A stretch of DNA of 32,505 nucleotides from an uncultured Moraxellaceae bacterium (GTDB lineage Bacteria; Pseudomonadota; Gammaproteobacteria; Pseudomonadales; Moraxellaceae), in assembly GCA_937928295.1 (NCBI GenBank), contig CALEYY010000167.1, forward strand, positions 1 through 32,505, written 5' to 3'. The notes below the pieces were generated by a model, which saw only the letters and a program-made list of their open reading frames with translations, searched no databases and was not told where the DNA came from. The position numbers and the translations under genes are program-made. Position 1 is the first letter of the stretch, and each line of letters starts with the position of its first letter. Shown here one piece after another: positions 9,650-18,459 of the stretch.

Positions 9650-10447
9650 TCAGAGGCCGATAAGAAAGCGCACGCCGACCAGCACCAGCAGCACGGCAAA
9701 CGCGCGCTTGAGCTGCTGCGCCGGCAGGCGATGCGCCATCACGGCCCCGCCATGTGCGGCCACCATGCTGGTCAGCGCGATGCCGGCAAGGGCGGGCCAG
9801 TAGATATAGCCGGTGCTGCCAGCCGGCAGTTCGCTCAGGCCCCAGCCGCTGTAAATGAAGCCGATCATCCCCGCGATGGCGATGGGAAAGCCGCAAGCCG
9901 CCGCCGTGCCGACCGCGCGGCGCATGGCCACGCCTTGCTTGACCAGATACGGCACCATCAGGCTGCCGCCGCCAATACCGAAGATGGCCGAGGCCACGCC
10001 GATCACGCCGCCGACGGCATTCAGCTGTGTTGCGCTGGGCGCGGGGGCATCGGTGGCCATCGGCTTGCTGCCACGAAACATCCTCAGGCCCATCCAGATG
10101 GCGAAGATGCCGATGATGAGCTGCAGCGTGCGCGCCGGAAGCGCATGCGCGATCTGTGCGCCGAGCAGGGAGCCGACGACCAGACCGGGCGCTAGGCGTT
10201 TGAACAGCGCCACATCGACGCCGCCTTGAGCATGGTGCGTGCGCACCGAGCTGATCGAGGTCAGCACGATACTGGCCAGCGATGTGCCGACCGCCAGATG
10301 CGTCAGCACCGTCGGCGATACGCCCTGCGCTTCGAAGCTGAAGATCAGCGCCGGCACCAGCACCATGCCGCCACCGATGCCCAGCAGCCCGGCCAGAAAG
10401 CCCGCCAATGCCCCGGTCGCGGCGAAAACAGCCAGGCTTGTCAACAT
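9650..10447 (-). CDS. TauE/SafE family (TSUP) sulfite exporter-like membrane protein
   Basis: Duplicated GLLGIGGG / AIFGIGGG and AVGT motifs with multiple TM segments. GGAG RBS. Confidence 0.88.
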   Translation of the reverse strand: MLTSLAVFAATGALAGFLAGLLGIGGGMVLVPALIFSFEAQGVSPTVLTHLAVGTSLASIVLTSISSVRTHHAQGGVDVALFKRLAPGLVVGSLLGAQIAHALPARTLQLIIGIFAIWMGLRMFRGSKPMATDAPAPSATQLNAVGGVIGVASAIFGIGGGSLMVPYLVKQGVAMRRAVGTAAACGFPIAIAGMIGFIYSGWGLSELPAGSTGYIYWPALAGIALTSMVAAHGGAVMAHRLPAQQLKRAFAVLLVLVGVRFLIGL

Positions 10448-10497
10448 CGTGTCATCTCCGAAATTCATGCTCTGTGTGGTTGAAGGCAGGCCGCGCA

Positions 10498-10526
10498 GTT
10501 TCACCAAACTGTCACCAACTTGTCAC
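10498..10526 (+). promoter_or_regulatory. Putative Pho box array upstream of olsB
   Basis: GTTTCAC-caaa-CTGTCAC-caac-TTGTCAC: three heptamers at 11-bp period resembling the PhoB consensus CTGTCAT-N4-CTGTCAY. Confidence 0.65.
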
Positions 10527-10586
10527 GGGTTTTGCATTTGCGGCCAGCAAACTGCCTACATGAAAACACAAGCCAAGAGCCAAAAC

Positions 10587-11381
10587 ATGAGTGATGCCCA
10601 GCAGAATCTGAATTCAGCCACTGCCGTATCTTCCCTGTTCAACTATCCCGCTGACGATGTCGCGCCGCTGCGTCAGAAGCCGCGCCTGGAAGCGCGCTTC
10701 GCCACCGATGCCGGCATGGTGATCGCTGCCCAGCGCCTGCGTGCGGAAATCTTCGGCGCCGAGTACGGTGTACAGTTTGACGGCATCGATGTCGATGCCT
10801 ACGACGACTACTGCCTGCACCTGAATGTCTACGATGTGGCTAATGACTTGCTCATTGCCACCACGCGCCTGCTCAGCGGCGAGCAGGCCGAGCAGGCTGG
10901 CGGCTTCTACTCGGCGCAGGAATTTGACCTCGGTGCGCTGAAGACTTTCGCCGGACGCATCCTCGAAGTCGGCCGCACCTGCGTGCACCCGGACTATCGC
11001 TCCGGTGCCGCCATCACGGTGTTGTGGTCGGCGCTGTCTGAGTATCTGATGCGCGAAGGCTTCAATCTGCTCATCGGCTGCGCCAGCATCAGCCTCGCCG
11101 ACGGCGGCACCACGCTCGCCAGCGTCATGCCCACCCTGCGCGAAAAGCACTTCGTGGGCGATGAACTGCGCGTCAGCCCGAGCCGCGAAATTCTGCTCTC
11201 GGCCACCGGCACCGGCGCGGTCAGCGTACCGCCGCTGCTCAAGGCTTATCTGCGCATGGGCTGCAAAATCGGCGGCGAAGCCTGCTGGGATCCCGAATTC
11301 AATTGTGCCGATGTCTTCATATTCATGGATGTACAAGCGATGGCGGGGCGTTATGCTCAACGGTTCCTGAAGACAGCCTGA
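10587..11381 (+). CDS. olsB: L-ornithine N-alpha-acyltransferase (GNAT, ornithine lipid step 1)
   Basis: AQRLR..IF, D.YDDYC.H, ATTRLL, FYS..EF, EVGRTCVHPDYRSG and PPLLKAYLRMG..IGGEACWDPEFNCADVF resemble Pseudomonas OlsB. It is adjacent to a PlsC-type gene. The start could be 10560. Confidence 0.85.
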   Translation: MSDAQQNLNSATAVSSLFNYPADDVAPLRQKPRLEARFATDAGMVIAAQRLRAEIFGAEYGVQFDGIDVDAYDDYCLHLNVYDVANDLLIATTRLLSGEQAEQAGGFYSAQEFDLGALKTFAGRILEVGRTCVHPDYRSGAAITVLWSALSEYLMREGFNLLIGCASISLADGGTTLASVMPTLREKHFVGDELRVSPSREILLSATGTGAVSVPPLLKAYLRMGCKIGGEACWDPEFNCADVFIFMDVQAMAGRYAQRFLKTA

Positions 11382-11449
11382 AATGAGATCCCGTGACCCG
11401 AGCGCCGCGCAATCGTTACCAACATCCTGCCATTACGGTGAAACCCGCC

Positions 11450-12238
11450 ATGACCATTAAGGTTTGGGCGCGTTTGATCGCGGTTGCGGCCTATTTGCTC
11501 TTCGGCGTTTTGCTGGCCTTTGTGATCGGCATGTTCTTTGTGCGCTTCACGGTCTGGCAGCGCCCGATCATTGCCTGGTGGCTGCGCGGCTTCTGTCGCG
11601 TGCTCAACATGCAGGTCACGGTGCAGGGCGCGCCCATCGAAGACAGTGCGCTGTGGATCAGCAACCATGTATCGTGGATGGACATCCCGGTGATTGGCGG
11701 CATTCGTCCGCTGCGCTTCCTGTCCAAGGCCGAAGTGGCCAAGTGGCCGGTGATCGGGCATCTCGCGCAGGCCGCCGGCACCTTGTTCATCAAACGAGGT
11801 TCGGGTGATGCCGATCGCGTCAGCGAAGAGATGGTGCTGTCGCTGCAGCAGGGCAAGCGCGTGCTGTTCTTCCCGGAAGGCACCACCACCGACGGCTTCA
11901 GCGTGAACCGTTTCTTTGCCAAGTTGTTTACGGCGGCTATCAAGAGCCAGTGCCCGATTCAGCCGCTGGTCATCTGCTACCAGAAGGCGAATGGCGAGCT
12001 GCACGCGCTGGCTCCGTTCATTGGCGATGACGAGCTGGCCCCGCACCTGCTGAACATGCTGGCCGGCGAGACGGTGCATGTGAAAGTGCATTGCCTGCCG
12101 GCAGAAGTGGCCGGTGATCGCGATGCCAGTGCGCTGGCCCGGCATTTCGAGCAGCTCATGGGGCAGACCCTGCGCGACTTGCATGGTGCCGAGCAGCCGC
12201 CGAGCCGTGGCAAGCACCCCTCCACTCAAGCCGCGTAG
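11450..12238 (+). CDS. olsA: Lyso-ornithine lipid O-acyltransferase (PlsC family)
   Basis: Motifs NHVSWMD, FLSKAEV, GTLFIKRG, FFPEGTT and APFIGDD. It lies directly downstream of olsB. Confidence 0.8.
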   Translation: MTIKVWARLIAVAAYLLFGVLLAFVIGMFFVRFTVWQRPIIAWWLRGFCRVLNMQVTVQGAPIEDSALWISNHVSWMDIPVIGGIRPLRFLSKAEVAKWPVIGHLAQAAGTLFIKRGSGDADRVSEEMVLSLQQGKRVLFFPEGTTTDGFSVNRFFAKLFTAAIKSQCPIQPLVICYQKANGELHALAPFIGDDELAPHLLNMLAGETVHVKVHCLPAEVAGDRDASALARHFEQLMGQTLRDLHGAEQPPSRGKHPSTQAA

Positions 12239-12259
12239 AACAGACTGCGTAACGCACTT

Positions 12260-12288
12260 TTGACAACGAGCTTTGTCTGAAATAGGCT
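12260..12288 (+). promoter_or_regulatory. Putative sigma70 promoter of the OYE gene
   Basis: TTGACA-17 bp-TAGGCT, 36 bp upstream of ATG 12325. Confidence 0.55.
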
Positions 12289-12324
12289 GCTGCCACTTTT
12301 TGCAGCCTTTACAGGACAACGCTC

Positions 12325-13563
12325 ATGGCCACTGCACACCACCTGCTCGCGCAAACGCTGACCTTGCCTAACGGCAGCATCCTGCCTAATCGCCTGGCCA
12401 AGTCGGCACTCAGCGAAACCCTCGGCACCATGGACAACCGCGTCACGCCGGCGCTGGTGCGCTTGTACGAGCGCTGGGCCAAGGGCGGCACCGGCCTGCT
12501 CATCACCGGCAACATCATGGTCGATCGTCGCGCGCTCGGCGAACCGGGTAATGTGGTCATTGAAGATGATCGTGACCTCGCCTTGCTCAAGGCCATGGCC
12601 GACGGCGTGGCGCATCATGGCAGCCGGCTCTGGGCGCAGATCAATCATCCTGGCAAGCAGTCGCCCAAGGGCCTGAATCGCGAAAATGTATCGCCATCGG
12701 CCATTCCTTTTGGCAAGCAGATGCAGGCATTTTTCGACACCCCGCGCGAACTCACCGAGCCGGAAATTCTCGACATCATCGCGCGTTTTGGTCGTGCCGC
12801 TGGCGTGGTCAAGCAGGCCGGCTTTCATGGCGTGCAGATTCACGGTGCCCACGGCTATCTGGTCAGCCAGTTTCTGTCGCCCAAGCACAATGTGCGTACG
12901 GATGGCTGGGGTGGCTCGGCGGAGAACCGTCGCCGCTTCGTGCTGGCGGTATATCAGGCCATGCGCGATGCCGTCGGCCCCGATTTCCCGATCGGCATCA
13001 AGCTGAACTCGGCGGACTTCCAGCGCGGTGGTTTCACCGAAGAGGAGTCGCTGGCGACCATTCAGGCGCTGGCAGCGGTCGGCATTGATCTGGTCGAGAT
13101 CTCTGGCGGCACCTACGAAGCTCCGGCGATGGCAGGCAAGAAGACCAGCACCATCGCGCGTGAAGCCTACTTCCTGGAATTTGCCGAGAAGGTGCGCCAG
13201 CACATCAGCACGCCGCTGATGGTCACCGGCGGCTTCCGCTCGCTGGCAGCGATGGGCAAGGCGCTGAACTCGGGTGCGATGGATATCGTCGGGCTTGGTC
13301 GCCCGTTGTGCATCGAGCCGGATGCGCCGCTGCGCTTGCTGGCCGGCGAAGAGACACGGCATCGCGTGAAAATGATCAGCACCGGCATCAAGCAGGTCGA
13401 TGAAATGGCCCTGATGGAAGTCATGTGGTATGTGCGCCAGCTGCACCGCATGAGCCGTGGCGAAAACCCCAAGCCCAACGAATCGGCGCTGTGGTCGCTG
13501 ATCGCCAATCTCGTCACCAACATGCGCGGCACGATGAAGACACGCCGCTTGCGCGCGAGCTGA
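12325..13563 (+). CDS. NADH:flavin oxidoreductase / Old Yellow Enzyme family (2,4-dienoyl-CoA reductase-like)
   Basis: Motifs NRLAKSA, GTGLLITGN, QIHGAHGYLVSQFLSP..NVRTDGWGGS.ENR and EISGGTYE. Confidence 0.9.
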   Translation: MATAHHLLAQTLTLPNGSILPNRLAKSALSETLGTMDNRVTPALVRLYERWAKGGTGLLITGNIMVDRRALGEPGNVVIEDDRDLALLKAMADGVAHHGSRLWAQINHPGKQSPKGLNRENVSPSAIPFGKQMQAFFDTPRELTEPEILDIIARFGRAAGVVKQAGFHGVQIHGAHGYLVSQFLSPKHNVRTDGWGGSAENRRRFVLAVYQAMRDAVGPDFPIGIKLNSADFQRGGFTEEESLATIQALAAVGIDLVEISGGTYEAPAMAGKKTSTIAREAYFLEFAEKVRQHISTPLMVTGGFRSLAAMGKALNSGAMDIVGLGRPLCIEPDAPLRLLAGEETRHRVKMISTGIKQVDEMALMEVMWYVRQLHRMSRGENPKPNESALWSLIANLVTNMRGTMKTRRLRAS

Positions 13564-13590
13564 TAGCGCTGATTACGCGTCAGCCAAGCG

Positions 13591-13628
13591 TTGCCAGAGT
13601 GGCGGTGAACTCGGTATAGTTCGCCGCC
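13591..13628 (+). promoter_or_regulatory. Putative stable-RNA sigma70 promoter of tRNA-Leu
   Basis: TTGCCA-18 bp-TATAGT followed by a GC-rich discriminator TCGCCGCC. Confidence 0.6.
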
Positions 13629-13634
13629 TTCATC

Positions 13635-13719
13635 GCGCCAGTGGTGAAATTGGTATACACGCCAGATTTAGGTTCTGGTGCCGCAAGGCGTGGAGGTTCA
13701 AGTCCTCTCTGGCGCACCA
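13635..13719 (+). tRNA. tRNA-Leu(TAG)
   Basis: 85-nt cloverleaf: acceptor GCGCCAG/CTGGCGC-ACCA, anticodon arm CCAGA-TTTAGGT-TCTGG, long variable arm, T-loop GGTTCAAGTCC and encoded CCA. Confidence 0.97.
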
Positions 13720-13733
13720 TTTTTTGTTGATGG

Positions 13734-14198
13734 CTACTCTGCCAGCGGCAGCCGCAACGCCCGCAACAAATCCCGCTCGTAATAAGCACTTGCCAGCATG
13801 TGCAGCTCGCCATTGATCTGCTCGCGCAACGCATACAGATCCAGCCCTGAATTATCCACACGACGCACGCCAAAGCCGCTGAGATCACTCAGTTGTCGCG
13901 CCATTTGCTTGAGCAGCTGTTGCAGCCAGGTCCAGGCGCTGGCGTCTTCGCGTAGCGGAATGCGGCGCGCCAGCAGCTCGCGGCGCAGCAAATCGGCATC
14001 CAGAATCTCGAAATAGCGCGGCATGATTTGTTGCAGCAGGCCGTCTAGCCGTTGCCAGATCAGCCGTTTTTCCGCATCGCTCAGGCGATTCCACTCGATG
14101 ACCTCGTGCAAATAGCGGCGACAACCCCGGCAGACGGTGTCGCCATAGGTTGTTGAGCAGATGCCTACACAGGGCGTGGGGACGGAGCGGAACAGCAT
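13734..14198 (-). CDS. DUF1289 domain protein (predicted Fe-S/metal-binding)
   Basis: N-terminal TPCVGICSTTYGDTVCRGCRR...EVIEWN motif. Confidence 0.8.
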   Translation of the reverse strand: MLFRSVPTPCVGICSTTYGDTVCRGCRRYLHEVIEWNRLSDAEKRLIWQRLDGLLQQIMPRYFEILDADLLRRELLARRIPLREDASAWTWLQQLLKQMARQLSDLSGFGVRRVDNSGLDLYALREQINGELHMLASAYYERDLLRALRLPLAE

Positions 14199-14336
14199 GG
14201 GCGAGCACTCGCAAGCCAGATCGTGGCGCACACCTTAGCAAAAAAATCAGGGTCTGCGCGCCTGCAAATGCTTTGACAGTTCGTCTGCGACTGGTTCAGA
14301 TAGCAGCTTCGTTAAATGCCTGCTCAGGAGTGTCTT

Positions 14337-14714
14337 GTGGATAGCTATGTTCTGATCAAAATGGTGCATGCGGTGCTGGTGCTGGCCGTGGGCCTGCTCT
14401 TTCTCTGGCGTGTCTACCTCACCCTAGCCAAGGCACCGGCGCAGAATGGCAAGGTGCCGACGCTGCTCGCGCATACCTTCAGCCTGGGCCTGCTGGCCAG
14501 CGGCCTGACCATGGTGGCAATTTATGGCCAGATGCCGGCCTGGGTCATGACCAAGCTGATTTTCTTGTTTGTTTTCATTGCACTTGGCGTGATTGCCTTC
14601 AAGCGCGCGAAAACCCGATCGGCACAGTTAACGATGATGGCCCTTGCTCTGTTAACCTATGCGTTCCTGGTCAGTGTGGCCGTGACCAAGCAGCCTACGG
14701 GCTTTTTCGGCTGA
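14337..14714 (+). CDS. SirB2 family small membrane protein
   Basis: Y.LIK..H, H..SL.LLASG, WV.TKL, IALGVIAFKR and VAVTKQP pattern with four TM segments. AGGAG RBS precedes GTG 14337. Confidence 0.75.
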   Translation: MDSYVLIKMVHAVLVLAVGLLFLWRVYLTLAKAPAQNGKVPTLLAHTFSLGLLASGLTMVAIYGQMPAWVMTKLIFLFVFIALGVIAFKRAKTRSAQLTMMALALLTYAFLVSVAVTKQPTGFFG

Positions 14715-14799
14715 TGGCGTGTCAACGCCAACTCATTGGCGTCGTTGTGACGCGGTGAGGGATGCGAACAGGCATCCGACAACTTTATGGAGATTCACC

Positions 14800-15462
14800 A
14801 TGCGTATTCTACTTACTGCAGCAGTAGCCGGTTCCGTGATGCTGGCTGGCTGTACCACCAATCCGTACACCGGCGAACGACAGGTCAGCAAGGGTGCCTA
14901 CGGCGCGCTGATCGGTGCGGCTGCTGGCTGCGCCATTGCCACAGCAACCACCAAGCGTGGCGAGCGTAACGAGCGTTGCGGTCAGGGTGCTGCCATTGGT
15001 GGTGTCGTCGGCGGCGGCGCAGGCGTCTACATGGATGTGCAGGAAAAGAAGCTGCGTGATCGTCTGGCCGGTGTTGGCGTGGGCATTCAGCGTGATCCGA
15101 ACACCGGTGCCATTAACCTCGTGATGCCGGGCAACATTACTTTCCCGACCGCTCAGGCCAGCATCCGTGCTGACTTCTACCCGGTACTGGATGCCGTTTC
15201 CGATGTGCTGAAAGAGTACAAGGACACCACCATCACCGTCAGCGGTCACACCGACAGCCAAGGCGATGCGGCCTACAACCAGAAGTTGTCGCAGGATCGC
15301 GCGGGTTCGGTCGCTGGCTACCTCGTGAACCGTGGCGTGGCTTCGGGTCGTGTGTCGGCTGTGGGCTTTGGCAAGACTCAGCCGATTGCTGACAACAGCA
15401 CAGAAGCCGGCCGTTCGCAGAACCGTCGTGTGGAAGTTCGCATCAACCCGACTCAGCAGTAA
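14800..15462 (+). CDS. OmpA family lipoprotein (YiaD-like, glycine zipper)
   Basis: Lipobox LAGC-TTNPYTGE, glycine zipper, YMD.QE, and OmpA motifs GHTDS, NQKLSQDRA, NRRVE. GGAG RBS. Confidence 0.92.
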   Translation: MRILLTAAVAGSVMLAGCTTNPYTGERQVSKGAYGALIGAAAGCAIATATTKRGERNERCGQGAAIGGVVGGGAGVYMDVQEKKLRDRLAGVGVGIQRDPNTGAINLVMPGNITFPTAQASIRADFYPVLDAVSDVLKEYKDTTITVSGHTDSQGDAAYNQKLSQDRAGSVAGYLVNRGVASGRVSAVGFGKTQPIADNSTEAGRSQNRRVEVRINPTQQ

Positions 15463-15477
15463 TCCGCTGACGGGTTG

Positions 15478-15518
15478 AAAAAACGCGCCCTGGCATTAAG
15501 TCAGGGCGCGTTTTTTTT
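15478..15518. terminator. Bidirectional intrinsic terminator between the OmpA lipoprotein gene and can
   Basis: AAAAAACGCGCCCTG-N9-CAGGGCGCGTTTTTTTT. The right arm overlaps the last codons of can. Confidence 0.8.
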
Positions 15519-16139
15519 CGGCACCATCCGGTAGATGGGCGGGAGCTGGTTGACGGCGTTGAAGTGCATGCCGAGGTCGCGCAGGATGCCGTCTTCGATG
15601 CTGAAGATGAAGCCGTGCACAGACACATCCTGACCGCGTTTCCAGGCATTCTGGATGATGGTGGTGTGGCAGACATTGGCGACCTGCTCGGTCACATTCA
15701 ATTCGCAGAGCAGGTTGAAGCGCTGCTGTTCGTCCAGCCCGTCAAACTCGGACTCATAAAGACGGTAGATGTCTTTGATGTGGCGCAGCCAGTTGTCGAT
15801 GAGCCCGAACTCCTGATCTTCCAGCGCCGCCTTGATGCCGCCGCAGCCATAATGGCCGGTGACCAGAATGTGCTTCACTTTCAGCACATCCACGGCGTAT
15901 TGCAAAACGGACAGGCAATTCATGTCCGTATGCACGACCAGGTTGGCGACATTGCGGTGCACAAACACTTCGCCGGGCAGCAGGCCCATGATTTCGTTGG
16001 CGGGCACGCGGCTGTCGGCGCAGCCTATCCAGAGGAATTGGGGGGATTGCTGCTTTGCCAGCTTCTCGAAGAATTCGGGATCGCGGGCCTTGACGGCATC
16101 CGCCCACTCGCGGTTGTTGCGAAACAGCTCATCCAGCAT
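15501..16139 (-). CDS. can: Beta-class carbonic anhydrase
   Basis: Zinc motifs [21 protein letters not shown] and GHYGCGG. GAGGAG RBS. Confidence 0.93.
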   Translation of the reverse strand: MLDELFRNNREWADAVKARDPEFFEKLAKQQSPQFLWIGCADSRVPANEIMGLLPGEVFVHRNVANLVVHTDMNCLSVLQYAVDVLKVKHILVTGHYGCGGIKAALEDQEFGLIDNWLRHIKDIYRLYESEFDGLDEQQRFNLLCELNVTEQVANVCHTTIIQNAWKRGQDVSVHGFIFSIEDGILRDLGMHFNAVNQLPPIYRMVPKKNAP

Positions 16140-16279
16140 GACACGCTCCTCAGCCTGAGTAGGCCAGTACAAGCCTGATTTTGCGCGAGTATGCCATAGC
16201 CGGTGCTGGTCTTTGCCGCTGCTTTTGTCGATGATCCAGCATCGCGATGAGGAGTTCGGAAATGGCAGGGGAAGCGCGC

Positions 16280-17617
16280 ATGAACTGGACGCAGTTGCTA
16301 TCGACACAACGGTTCAAGATCAAGCAGGGCGTGATGGTGCCGACGCCGGCGGCCGCGAGTGCTGATGGCACGGCCGGGCTGCGTTCGGAGTTTCATATCG
16401 ACCATGATCGCGTGGTGTTTTCCAGCGCCTTTCGCCGCCTCGGGCGCAAGACGCAGGTGCATCCGCTGGCCTTGCACGATCACACGCATAACCGGTTGAC
16501 GCACAGTGTGGAGGTGGCGAGTGTCGGCCGCAGCCTAGGCAATCGCGTGGGCGCGATGCTGCAGGAGGGCGGCTTTCTGCCAGCGCAGGCGACGCCGTTC
16601 GATATCGGCGGCATCGTGCAGGTAGCTTGTCTGGCGCACGATCTGGGCAATCCGCCGTTTGGCCATACCGGCGAATATGCTCTGCGCGACTGGTTTTGCC
16701 GGCCCGAGCATGCCGGGTTGCTGGATGGCCTGTCGCTGGCACAGCAGCATGACATTCGCAGCTACGAGGGCAATGCCCACGGCCTGCGCCTGCTGACATC
16801 GCTGGAGATGTATGCCGGCGAGGGCGGCATGCGGCTGACGGCGGCGAGCCTGGGCGCACTGGTGAAATACCCGTGGACGGCGCAGACCTGCCCGGCGCGC
16901 GGCAAATTTAATATCTATCAGGCCGAGCTGGGTTATTTCCGGCAGGTGGCCGAGGCGCTGGGCCTGCCGGTGCGCGGCCCGGAGCAGTGGGCGCGACATC
17001 CGCTGTCGTATCTCATGGAGGCGGCAGACGACATCTGCTATGCGATTGTGGATCTGGAGGATGCCGTGGAGATGGGCATCCTGGATCTGCACGAGTTCGA
17101 GAACCTGCTCGGGCCGATTGTTGATCCGGAGAAGATCTGGCAGATCCGCGAGCCGCGTCAGTATGCGGCGGCCTTGCGCGGCACCATGGTCGGGCGTTGC
17201 GTGAAGGATTTGGCCGATACTTTCATGCGTCATCACGAGGCCTTGCTGGCGGGCGAATTGCCACTAAAGGATCTGATTGCCGGAGCCAGCCCGGATGTGC
17301 GCGATACGCTGGCGGCGGCCAAGCAGCTGGCCAGCGACAAAATTTATCGGCATCGCAGCAAAGTCGTGACTGAAATTGCGGCTTACCCTTGCCTCTCGGT
17401 ATTGCTGGATACGCTGGTGCCGCCGGTGCGCGCGTTTTGCCTGGGTGCGACCTTGGGTCATCGCCAGCAGACGCAGCTGGCATTGTTGCCGCGACCGCTG
17501 ACGCCGGGGCTGCCGCTGTATGACGGCTATCTGCAGGTGCTCGATTTTGTCGGCGGCATGACCGACAACCATGCCGCGCGTTTGGCACGCGATATCTCCG
17601 GCGTTGGCATTCTCTAG
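16280..17617 (+). CDS. dgt: Deoxyguanosinetriphosphate triphosphohydrolase (HD domain)
   Basis: Motifs D.DR...[49 protein letters not shown]...DLED and GGMTD. Confidence 0.92.
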   Translation: MNWTQLLSTQRFKIKQGVMVPTPAAASADGTAGLRSEFHIDHDRVVFSSAFRRLGRKTQVHPLALHDHTHNRLTHSVEVASVGRSLGNRVGAMLQEGGFLPAQATPFDIGGIVQVACLAHDLGNPPFGHTGEYALRDWFCRPEHAGLLDGLSLAQQHDIRSYEGNAHGLRLLTSLEMYAGEGGMRLTAASLGALVKYPWTAQTCPARGKFNIYQAELGYFRQVAEALGLPVRGPEQWARHPLSYLMEAADDICYAIVDLEDAVEMGILDLHEFENLLGPIVDPEKIWQIREPRQYAAALRGTMVGRCVKDLADTFMRHHEALLAGELPLKDLIAGASPDVRDTLAAAKQLASDKIYRHRSKVVTEIAAYPCLSVLLDTLVPPVRAFCLGATLGHRQQTQLALLPRPLTPGLPLYDGYLQVLDFVGGMTDNHAARLARDISGVGIL

Positions 17618-17691
17618 GTCTTGAACTGTCGCGACGGGATGCTATGCTCGCCGCCGCGACTCAGTAGTCATTATTTTTTCAGGAGTGTTTC

Positions 17692-18459
17692 ATGCAGCTG
17701 CAAGACAAGATTGCCATCGTTACCGGTGGTGCTTCGGGCCTGGGTCTGGCCACGGTCAAGGGCTTTCTGGCCAAGGGTGCGAAAGTCGCCATTTTTGATT
17801 TGAATGTCGATGTGGGTCAGGCGGTGGCTGCCGAACTGGGTGCGAACTGCCATTTCTGCCGCGTCAATGTCTCGGATGAGGCGTCGGTGCAGGTTGCGCT
17901 GAGCGAAGTTTCGGCGAAGTGGGGCGGCGTGCATGTGGCCGTGAACTGCGCCGGCATCGGCAGCGCCATGCGTACCGTCGGCAAGAACGGCCCGCACTCG
18001 CTGGATGTGTTCAACAAGGTCATTACCGTGAACCTGATCGGCACTTTCAATGTGACGCGCCTGGCTGCGGCTGAGATGGCGAAGAATGAAGGCAATGCCG
18101 ATAACGAGCGCGGCGTGATCATCAATACCGCGTCGGTGGCAGCGTTTGACGGCCAGATCGGTCAGGTCGCCTATTCGGCATCGAAGGGTGGCGTGGTCGG
18201 CATGACCTTGCCGCTGGCGCGTGATCTGGCCAGCATCGGCGTGCGCGTGAACACCATCGCGCCGGGTATCTTCAATACGCCGCTGATGAATGCCGCGCCC
18301 GACACCGTGAAGCTGCCGCTGATCGAGATGACGCAGTTCCCCAAGCGCCTCGGCTATCCGGAGGAATACGCCCAGCTCGCCGCGCAGATGGTCGAGAACG
18401 GCTTCCTCAATGGCGAAACCATCCGCCTTGATGGCGCCATCCGCATGGCTCCGCGTTAA
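17692..18459 (+). CDS. SDR family 3-hydroxyacyl-CoA dehydrogenase type II (HSD17B10-like)
   Basis: Motifs [38 protein letters not shown] and [13 protein letters not shown]. Confidence 0.92.
   Translation: MQLQDKIAIVTGGASGLGLATVKGFLAKGAKVAIFDLNVDVGQAVAAELGANCHFCRVNVSDEASVQVALSEVSAKWGGVHVAVNCAGIGSAMRTVGKNGPHSLDVFNKVITVNLIGTFNVTRLAAAEMAKNEGNADNERGVIINTASVAAFDGQIGQVAYSASKGGVVGMTLPLARDLASIGVRVNTIAPGIFNTPLMNAAPDTVKLPLIEMTQFPKRLGYPEEYAQLAAQMVENGFLNGETIRLDGAIRMAPR

Noticed and set aside
10239-10586. Long N-terminal extension of olsB in the ORF track
   Set aside because: It overlaps the divergent TauE gene and the putative promoter. OlsB similarity begins only after about 10670.
13635-13760. tRNA-Leu as an integration site
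   Set aside because: No integrase, no duplicated tRNA 3' end seen, and a host-like gene follows within 14 bp.
6923-16139. ppc and carbonic anhydrase as a CO2-fixation module
   Set aside because: They are biochemically related but about 6 kb apart, on opposite strands and separated by unrelated genes.
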